From Patescibacteria group bacterium (GTDB taxonomy: Bacteria; Patescibacteriota; Patescibacteriia; UBA9934): a DNA stretch of 64,000 nucleotides. A program made the position numbers and the translations under genes. Of this stretch, positions 58,001 through 64,000 are shown piece by piece. Where the stretch lies: positions 191,212 to 255,211 of the forward strand of contig JBBTSM010000003.1 of assembly GCA_038064675.1 (NCBI GenBank), in the 5' to 3' direction. Within the stretch, counting starts at the first letter, position 1; the number at the start of each line of letters is the position of its first letter. A model generated the notes under the pieces. It saw only the letters and a list, made by a program, of their open reading frames with translations, did not search any database and was not told the origin of the DNA.

Positions 58001-58625
58001 TCTTGGTGGCGATCAGTGGAACATCAAGCTTTGCCGAAAGCGCTCGGAACGCATCGTTGATATCCACCTGCCGCGGCATGTCCGGATGATGAATGAGCTC
58101 GAGAAAGAAATTCCCCGCCCCAAAAATATCTTGATACTCACGAATAAGCGTTTCTGCCTTTTCGTGCTCGCCACCAAGATACGCGTGCGCGATTTCACCA
58201 CTGACACTTCCGGAAAGCGCGATGAGACCCTTCGAGTGAGCCCGAAGAAACGCCTTATCGACACGTGGTTTGTAGTAAAAACCTTCGAGGAATGCAGCAG
58301 AAACAATCGCAAGCAAATTTCGATATCCCTCTTCGTTTTCCACGATAAGGACGAGACGATACGGGCGGTCGTCGAGACGAGGCCTACGGTCCGTCATGCC
58401 GTGCTGTGCCACGAAGATATCCGCACCAATAATCGGCTTAATTTCCGCGTCCTTGCACGCCTTATAAAACTCCACCGCGCCGTACAGGTTTCCGTTGTCC
58501 GTTAACGCCAGTGCCGTCATTCCCATGCTTTTTGCACGCGCAACAAGCGCCTTGGGCTTTGGCAGCGCCTCAAGGAGCGAATAATGCGAATGGACGTGCA
58601 AATAGACGAAATCTTTCGGGTCCAT
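55074..58625 (-). CDS. dnaE: DNA polymerase III alpha subunit
   Basis: PHP domain start MDPKDFVYLHVHSHYSLLEA…; polymerase core, OB fold; true start at ATG 58623-58625 (track ORF extends 240 codons further with no homology). Confidence 0.95.
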   Translation of the reverse strand: MDPKDFVYLHVHSHYSLLEALPKPKALVARAKSMGMTALALTDNGNLYGAVEFYKACKDAEIKPIIGADIFVAQHGMTDRRPRLDDRPYRLVLIVENEEGYRNLLAIVSAAFLEGFYYKPRVDKAFLRAHSKGLIALSGSVSGEIAHAYLGGEHEKAETLIREYQDIFGAGNFFLELIHHPDMPRQVDINDAFRALSAKLDVPLIATKNVFYLNSDDREGYEAQLCIQRSRTLEDFRRTSTDDVDLSFGTPDEIMAAFADVPEALENTRRIADRVSYTMELGKNFLPIYPLPEGKTDNDVMHELCIQGLKDRYADPIPANVMERFEFEYATIVKMGFSSYFLIVQDYITWAKDNGVLVGPGRGSAAGSIVAYALRITDIEPLRYNLLFERFLNPDRVSMPDIDTDFADRGRGKVLEYVTKRYGADHVAGIVTFGTLMPRAAVRDAARVLGLSFQEADVIAKVVPPPIQGKHTPLKVAIVETPDLQQMYNGNPMVRRVIDLAMKIEGNPRHASQHACGIVIGDKPLVQRVPLQQGQKEDMALITQYSLNSAEAVGLVKMDFLGLSNLTVIEDALDIIRAVHGVVVDLDNAPLDDVMTFELLGRGDTTGVFQLESDGMKRYIKELKPSAFEDIIAMVSLYRPGPMQFIESFIRRKHGTEKVVYEHPLMENSFRETYGIPVYQEQVMQVAKDMAGFTGGEADTLRKAMGKKIAELMEKMKVKFVDGSVKNGVKPDVAMKVFQKLEDFAAYGFNKSHAACYAMIAYRTAYLKAHYPGEFMAALMNSDSGIIDRITIEVEECRRMGLTVLAPDINESFAGFAVVKDTKNVRWGLSAIKNVGQEVAEEIVRERKRGGPYADLADVLGRVKTSAFNRKTLEALTKAGALDRFGDRSQLVGNLDTLVLYNKHVQHELARNQTSLFGLSTSIVEQKIEFRSVPTIPTSLLLTWEKELLGLYVSSHPAGLFYDQFSPYIVKASAIPTYEDGAMVKIAGVASNIKQIFTKKKNEPMAFVRIEDPSGSIESVVFPKIYVSARMSLNPEAMLLIMGKVSHRKREESETVEYSVLVDGVIAFTESEIPSLTSMLARGGWTDSNASDIPMMMDAPPPVAAPAGSLSEGLSITVPQNPTHDMIARLREIFRAHPGRARVFLLVESGGEMRKVTTEYSVELSLEVVKKVREVVGEENVKV

Positions 58626-58823
58626 GGGCGTAGAGTAACAGACCACGCGTGTTTGAGCGTTGTGGACAGGTTTCGGCCTAGACGAAATCTCGTTTTTCTG
58701 CGAATATAAGCCACGCAACCTAGGTACTTCATGCACGTTCCCCGTCCCCTTCCCATCACTCGTTCTCTCTTCCACTTCCTGGCCCGGAAGCCCCGCATCA
58801 ACGATATCCTTCGCCACCGCGAG

Positions 58824-59237
58824 ATGACGATGAAGCTCGCCGAGAGCATCGCCCTCCACGGCGCGATGGCTGCGGTGTTCGTGTGGCTCGTCACAAACGT
58901 ATTCCTCGGCTTCGGGCCAGCGCTCCCCTTCGTCACCTTCCTGGCGTTCGCTTCGTGGGCAGCCCTCTACCTGAAGGCCCAGAACCCGGTGATGAGCACG
59001 CTTCTCTGGGGCGGCAAGATCTACATCTTCAACGGCTTCGGCGGCTACAACTTCACCACCGAAATCGGGGTCGTCGAAAACAAGGAGATTTTGGTAGCCG
59101 TGGAAGTCTGCGTTCCTGGGGTGTTCTTCTTTCTCCCCGATCGCCGCTCCGAGCTCCGGCCGTTCAAGCCGCACTCGCAATATGTTGAGATCGCGTGGAC
59201 CGCCGAAGCCGTCGCCGACGCGATGCGGGCAGAGTGA
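58824..59237 (+). CDS. GC-rich small membrane protein (orphan cassette) in dnaE upstream region
   Basis: 137 aa, 2-3 TM helices; terminator GGCCCCGTGAGAGCCGCCGAAAGGTGGTGACTCCGGGGC + TTTGCCGTTTCGTGTTACC. Confidence 0.4.
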   Translation: MTMKLAESIALHGAMAAVFVWLVTNVFLGFGPALPFVTFLAFASWAALYLKAQNPVMSTLLWGGKIYIFNGFGGYNFTTEIGVVENKEILVAVEVCVPGVFFFLPDRRSELRPFKPHSQYVEIAWTAEAVADAMRAE

Positions 59238-59328
59238 GCCAACTGTTCCACACAACACGAGGCCCCGTGAGAGCCGCCGAAAGGTGGTGACTCCGGGGCT
59301 TTGCCGTTTCGTGTTACCATTTCTGCAT

Positions 59329-59589
59329 ATGGATTCTAAAGACATTCTCTACATGGTGCTTGCGTTTTGCGCGCTGTGGTTTACGGCGTTCCTCTGTTTT
59401 GCGCTCTACCAGGTGGCACGATTCATGAAACGAATGCAGGAACTCTCCGCACACCTTCGAGAAAAGGCAGATGAGGTACTCAACAGCATCAACACCATCC
59501 GCATGAAAATTGAAGGCCACGTGAACGCCATCACCAGCATCGGCGACGGGATTCGGAAAATCATGGACGCGTTAAGGAATCGAGAGTAG
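59329..59589 (+). CDS. small membrane-anchored coiled-coil protein
   Basis: 87 aa; N-terminal TM (LYMVLAFCALWFTAFLCFALY) then helical region; strong terminator 59592-59630. Confidence 0.4.
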   Translation: MDSKDILYMVLAFCALWFTAFLCFALYQVARFMKRMQELSAHLREKADEVLNSINTIRMKIEGHVNAITSIGDGIRKIMDALRNRE

Positions 59590-59630
59590 TAAAAAACCGC
59601 CCGCTGGATTTCGCAGTGGGCGTTTTTTAT

Positions 59631-59900
59631 TTACGCGATGAGCATGGTGTGGCGCTCCAGGCGACCGATTCGCATGTTGTGCTCGTCGATTTGCGGGAGA
59701 ATCGAGGAACCGATGAAGTCGGTGACTTCGCCGATAATACGCTCTTCTGCGACAGCGATACGGCCGACCACATCAGCGATGATACGCTTTTCAGACGCAA
59801 CAATGAGATCGAGCATTTCTTCTCGCATTTCAAGTTTAAATGTCGCGTTATTCTCACGGAACATGTCACGAAGAACCTGAATATCATTTTTGCTAAGCAT
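59631..59900 (-). CDS. hypothetical small protein (89 aa)
   Basis: Convergent with 59329 gene; no family recognised. Confidence 0.3.
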   Translation of the reverse strand: MLSKNDIQVLRDMFRENNATFKLEMREEMLDLIVASEKRIIADVVGRIAVAEERIIGEVTDFIGSSILPQIDEHNMRIGRLERHTMLIA

Positions 59901-59960
59901 AGATGATGTTAAGAATTATTCGTGGGGATTTTTAGTGGGGATATTTCGATACTATCACAT

Positions 59961-61463
59961 CTATGCAAGCCGCTCCAACGCACGGGTCAGGGCAGAAATG
60001 ATTTTCTCGACTTCAATCACCGTCTCGGTTCCGGCACTCACACGAAGGAACGGTTCTGTGGTTCCAGTGGCACGTAATGCCGTGAGATACACGCGAGTTT
60101 TTGATAATCCAAAACTGCTTCCGGCAATAAGCTCGACCCCACGATTTCGAGCCTCTTCAACCGCGTATTCAAGAAATCTCATGTACGTTGCAGCCTTGCG
60201 ATATCGCTCTTTTAAAACGATAACGAAGAAGGCTCCGTGGAAGTCTCGATCTTTCATCCAAGAATATGCCGGATGGCTCGGAAGTCCGGGGTACACCACG
60301 CGCTCGAGCGCGGTTCGGCGATCCGATCCTGTGTGAACATCGAACGCTGTCGCAATCATCGTCGTGTTTCGATGATGCCGACGCAATCGCCTCTCGAGCA
60401 CTGATCGGTTCGGCCACGGGAGTGAAAGCACCGACGCATCCACAAGATTCGTTCCGATATGCATGCGTCGTCCAAACAACGGGAATGGCGACATCGCGGT
60501 TCGCCACATGATTCCCCCACTCACCCGATCCATTCCGTATTGATGGAATTTCAAAAGGCTTTCAAACACGATGATGTGGAGCTTGATATTCAGCAACGGA
60601 ACATCCTTCAGAATCTGATGCGTTACAGACGTTCCGGTCGCGTCGATGACGAGCGTTAATGGAGCATCTAAAACCTGAACGATCCGCGGAATAAGCGCGC
60701 TCAAATCCGGTACCGCCATGGTTACTGCGTTACACATCGTGTCCAAGAAAAGAACCGACGGCTTATGAACACGAATCGCCTCGAGAATCGCTTCGGCATT
60801 CATCTCATCAACGAAAATGACTCGGCCGGGAAAATACAGCTGTGCGATCTGAATATTTTCAAAGTAGCTCGACGCGCCGATCAATACCGGACCCTTGCAC
60901 GTTGGGTCGTCGAGCAACGTCGCGACGATCGTGGTAAATGCCGCCATTCCGCTTGCTGTTACAAATGCGAATGGCGTCAGTCGCAACGGCGAATCGACGT
61001 ACTCTTTCACGAATGCCTGCTCGTATCGTAGTTCATCCCAATGCTGATCGCGCTTATAGTCGTTAATCGTACCGGTGATCGTCCCCGTCTCTAAACCCGC
61101 CTGCGAGTGCTTCGCCGCTAAAAATGATGGCGACTGCCAGCCGGACGCCGCAAGCAATGCGCCGCTGATGCCCTGCAGACTTCTTACCGTATCAGCGACA
61201 CGATCGCGAACACGCAAACACTCCAATAATCGATCCTCGTCGTGAACATTCAACAGTCCACGGAGATCATTTGCGCATTCCGTGTACACCAATAGCAAAG
61301 ATTTTTCCTGATCAAGAAGCGTCGCCGATGTCTCCGGAAGAATGTGCTTCCGGCGCTTGGACCGAAGCGCCGCAATACGTTCTGATCGGTCCTCAATGAT
61401 CCACAAAAGCTCGGCGCAGTCGTCGTGAAGGTCTGCAAACGATTGAGCGACAGAATCAGCCAT
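59961..61463 (-). CDS. PLP-dependent enzyme of the Cys/Met metabolism family (cystathionine gamma-synthase/beta-lyase-like) with N-terminal extension
   Basis: …VFESLLKFHQYGMDRVSGGIM… (PLP-lysine region), …DTMCNAVTMAVPDL…; ~130 extra N-terminal residues. Confidence 0.6.
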   Translation of the reverse strand: MADSVAQSFADLHDDCAELLWIIEDRSERIAALRSKRRKHILPETSATLLDQEKSLLLVYTECANDLRGLLNVHDEDRLLECLRVRDRVADTVRSLQGISGALLAASGWQSPSFLAAKHSQAGLETGTITGTINDYKRDQHWDELRYEQAFVKEYVDSPLRLTPFAFVTASGMAAFTTIVATLLDDPTCKGPVLIGASSYFENIQIAQLYFPGRVIFVDEMNAEAILEAIRVHKPSVLFLDTMCNAVTMAVPDLSALIPRIVQVLDAPLTLVIDATGTSVTHQILKDVPLLNIKLHIIVFESLLKFHQYGMDRVSGGIMWRTAMSPFPLFGRRMHIGTNLVDASVLSLPWPNRSVLERRLRRHHRNTTMIATAFDVHTGSDRRTALERVVYPGLPSHPAYSWMKDRDFHGAFFVIVLKERYRKAATYMRFLEYAVEEARNRGVELIAGSSFGLSKTRVYLTALRATGTTEPFLRVSAGTETVIEVEKIISALTRALERLA

Positions 61464-61503
61464 ACAATGCAGGCATGCTACCAGAACATGTTAAACTCTT
61501 TCT

Positions 61504-62397
61504 ATGTTTTTATCCCTTTTCTCTAAAAAGTCCCCAAAACTCGATGCAATCGAGCTTCTTGGGAATGCACCAGGAAAAACCCTCCTCATTACCGCGGGCA
61601 TGGATGGGGACGAATACGTCGGCATTGCCGCGGCACACGAGATAGCTCGCCGATTCTCGGCGCGACCATTTTCCGGGAAGTTGATCCTCATTCCCATCGT
61701 GAACATGCCAGGGTTCATGAACGAGTCGAGTCATAATCCCATCGATGGAAAGTTTCCTAAAATGCTCTTCCCCGGAAATGCGAACGGATCATCCACCGAA
61801 CAGATCGTCGCGTCGCTCGCGCCACACGCATTCGCGACGGATTGCTGGCTTGATCTGCACAGTGGAGCGATGACCGAGGGACTCAACCCATTCCTTTGGT
61901 TTCATCGAACAGGAAAAGCCGACGTAGACGTGCAAATCGAGCGATTTGTTTCTGCAAACATCGCCGATCGCGTTCTCATCGAATCGTGTCCGATGGGAAC
62001 CAAGGCTGCACAGCTCGCGAAACGCGGCTGCATGTATGTTGTTGCGGAATCCGGAGCCCGCGGAAATCGCGACGGAATCGATCTCGAACGACATATTCGA
62101 TGGGCTGAGGCGATGATGTCGCTCCTCGGCATGATCGATACGCCGATCGCGCAGATCGCAACGCCGATCGTCGTCATGAATCAGATTCGATACGTCGTCG
62201 CACCGCATGATGGCATTTGGGATCCGTCAGTATTCGCAACCGAAACGATCAAGAAGAACGATGTTATCGGCATCGCGCGATCAATAAAGGGCGGCAAACC
62301 AAAAACGATAGCTGCGCCGGTGGCGGGCTATCGTTTATGGTGGAAGGAAACCATGCGGATGAAAAAAGGCGACGTGCTGTGTGCGATTGGTTTTTAG
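61504..62397 (+). CDS. Succinylglutamate desuccinylase/aspartoacylase (AstE/AspA) family zinc deacylase
   Basis: …LLITAGMDGDEYVGIAAAHEI… and …DLHSGAMTEG… motifs typical of AstE_AspA. Confidence 0.55.
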   Translation: MFLSLFSKKSPKLDAIELLGNAPGKTLLITAGMDGDEYVGIAAAHEIARRFSARPFSGKLILIPIVNMPGFMNESSHNPIDGKFPKMLFPGNANGSSTEQIVASLAPHAFATDCWLDLHSGAMTEGLNPFLWFHRTGKADVDVQIERFVSANIADRVLIESCPMGTKAAQLAKRGCMYVVAESGARGNRDGIDLERHIRWAEAMMSLLGMIDTPIAQIATPIVVMNQIRYVVAPHDGIWDPSVFATETIKKNDVIGIARSIKGGKPKTIAAPVAGYRLWWKETMRMKKGDVLCAIGF

Positions 62398-64000
62398 CCA
62401 CGAATCACACCATCTACGCGCAATGCCAGTTCGCGAACCACCGTCGTCATGACATCGTCCACTTCCTGACTGGTTAACGTTCGGTCTGGCGCCATCAATG
62501 TTACGCCAACGGTAACACTCTTTTTTCCGGAAGGAATACCTTCGCCACGATAGAGTTCTACCACACGGCAGTCGGTAATAAGATCTTTTGCGCCCCGAAC
62601 GACAGAAGAAATCTTTTCAAATTCCGTTTTTTCGTCTACGAGCACCGCGATGTCGCGAGTAACGACTGGGAACGCTGGAAGCGCCTGGTAATGATGCGCG
62701 TGCTTCATTGCTGGGAATAACGCCTCAAGATCCATTTCCACAAGGAATACCGGACGATGAATACCAAAGGAGTTCTGAAAATCGTCCGCAATCTGGCCGA
62801 GCGTACCAACAGAAACTCCATCGAACGTAATCGTCACCGTACGGCCGTCGTGCCAATGGTCGTTCTTCGATGCACGGTCGAACGTAAGCGTGATACCCGA
62901 TTTCGCCGCAAAATATTCCACCACACCACGAAGCCGCATGAATGTCTTTTCCGCGTCGGTCACTCCATATTCACCAAAGACCACCGTCATGCGCTCTTCG
63001 GGAACGCCGCCCTCTCGCGGAATATACACGCGTGCAAGCTCAAAGACATTCGCCGTGTTGGTGAAGGCCTGGTTTCGTTCGATTGCGCGCAACATCGACG
63101 GCACAAGCGTTGGTCGCATGTGCGTGATATCTGTTGAAAGCGGGTTGTACAGTGCAAGTGCATCCTTTGGACTTACGCCGTACATCTCAAGATCAGCGAC
63201 GCTCACCATGGAATTACTGAAGAATTCCGAGAACCCTGCTCCAGCCAAAAACTTCTTGGCCCACATCGCCCAGTCGAGCGATGCGTCGTCGAATCCTGCT
63301 GGCGGACGAGATGCTGGCAACACCGCTGGCATGTTGTGGTACCCATACATACGCGCAACTTCTTCCGTGAAATCGACCTCACCTTCAATGTCGTCCTCGC
63401 GCCAATATGGAACGGTAGCGCGGTATTGCTTCCCAGATTTTTCGAGCGCGGATCCGAGGCTCTCCAAAATCTTCGCGACAGTTTTATCCGGAATCTCGAT
63501 ACCAATACGCTGACGGATCCTTTCAAAATCGATCACGAATGCCTTCGGTTCGTACGGTGAAACGCGCTCATCAATCACCTCGCTCGCAATCTCTCCACCA
63601 CAAATCTCTTGGGTTAATGCGATCGCACGAGCAAGGGCGATTTCCGGCATCTGCACCGAAAGACCCTTCTCAAACAGTGTCTGTGCGTCGGAAGAAATAT
63701 TCAGCGCACGAGCAGTACGACGCAGTGCAACGGCTTCAAAGCTCGACGCGACAAACACCAATGTGTTCGTTTCTTTCGTTATACCCGTATGCTCACCACC
63801 CATGATTCCAGCAATGTCGAGAGGCTTCTTTGCATCTGCAATCACCAAGTGCCCATCAAGGTCGTACGTGGCTCCATTGAGGGCGAGAATATTCTCCCCC
63901 TTCTTTCCAAGACGAACATGCAATTCGGCGCCTTCAATCGCCCGATAATCAAATGCGTGCAGTGGCTGCGCGTATTCCAACATGACGTAATTCGTAATAT
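62394..64000 (-). CDS. pheT: Phenylalanyl-tRNA synthetase beta subunit (3' portion; gene continues beyond window end)
   Basis: …NYVMLEYAQPLHAFDYRAIEG…, B3/B4, B5 and C-terminal anticodon-binding-like domains; reading frame open to position 64000. Confidence 0.9.
   Translation of the reverse strand, partial: ITNYVMLEYAQPLHAFDYRAIEGAELHVRLGKKGENILALNGATYDLDGHLVIADAKKPLDIAGIMGGEHTGITKETNTLVFVASSFEAVALRRTARALNISSDAQTLFEKGLSVQMPEIALARAIALTQEICGGEIASEVIDERVSPYEPKAFVIDFERIRQRIGIEIPDKTVAKILESLGSALEKSGKQYRATVPYWREDDIEGEVDFTEEVARMYGYHNMPAVLPASRPPAGFDDASLDWAMWAKKFLAGAGFSEFFSNSMVSVADLEMYGVSPKDALALYNPLSTDITHMRPTLVPSMLRAIERNQAFTNTANVFELARVYIPREGGVPEERMTVVFGEYGVTDAEKTFMRLRGVVEYFAAKSGITLTFDRASKNDHWHDGRTVTITFDGVSVGTLGQIADDFQNSFGIHRPVFLVEMDLEALFPAMKHAHHYQALPAFPVVTRDIAVLVDEKTEFEKISSVVRGAKDLITDCRVVELYRGEGIPSGKKSVTVGVTLMAPDRTLTSQEVDDVMTTVVRELALRVDGVIRG

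Noticed and set aside
58626-59345. N-terminal 240 codons of the 1423-aa track ORF for dnaE
   Set aside because: No similarity to DnaE before the PHP-domain start MDPKDF. The region is better explained by a GC-rich gene on the opposite strand plus intergenic sequence.

Overview
This 64 kb window is a bacterial chromosomal segment of about 50-53% GC. It is gene-dense, mostly housekeeping, with no rRNA, tRNA or CRISPR detected. Several features suggest a small-genome, Gram-positive-like and possibly CPR-type bacterium: a T-box-like thrS leader, a short MetK, a compact GyrB, and a ThrS lacking the N-terminal domain.

Recognisable genes are xseB-xseA, metK, a lexA-orf-dinB SOS locus, a gap/pgk/eno glycolytic cluster interrupted by ndh, doxX and a SIMPL-domain gene, rpsB-tsf, queA, rpmE-prfA-prmC, rplY, a SEDS protein, gyrB, secE-nusG ... 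rplK-rplA, a pyrimidine deoxynucleotide cluster (HIGH-motif nucleotidyltransferase, dCMP deaminase, two HIT proteins, a DHFR-ThyA fusion, dut), gatB, miaA, thrS, dnaE and a partial pheT.

The accessory content is more unusual:
1. A ~3.6 kb insertion splits the normally contiguous nusG-rplK junction. It carries two tandem modules, each a small 2-TM membrane protein followed by a standalone FtsH-type (M41, HEAGH...GRAAEE) peptidase domain with no AAA ATPase. It also carries a NUDIX gene and a putative Fe/2OG-oxygenase-like gene. Each cargo gene ends with a copy of the nusG terminator or of a duplicated 50-bp 3' flank.
2. At least seven small GC-rich orphan genes (60-66% GC, mostly membrane proteins) are scattered through the window. 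Each has its own sigma70-like promoter and a GC-hairpin terminator. Two form tandem cassettes with conserved boundaries (TTTTAGGCTAAT ... GTCGTTTTATACACAATTCAC).
3. Several intergenic repeat families occur: a ~100-bp element in five copies, always upstream of minus-strand gene starts; a REP/BIME-like palindrome GGATCCCCGCCTACGCGGGGATGAC; and perfect 27-bp inverted repeats flanking a HIT-family gene.
4. Regulatory candidates are a GTTC-N7-GTTC LexA-box-like site in the lexA promoter, palindromic operators upstream of an XRE-regulator/RecB-like-nuclease operon, a T-box-like leader upstream of thrS, and a 19-nt motif shared between the dinB and dnaE loci.
5. A YkgJ-family gene is frameshifted at an A8 homopolymer.

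Coordinates I derived myself may be off by 1 nt in places, because the ORF track and my position counting disagree by 1 between roughly 40.3 and 40.9 kb.
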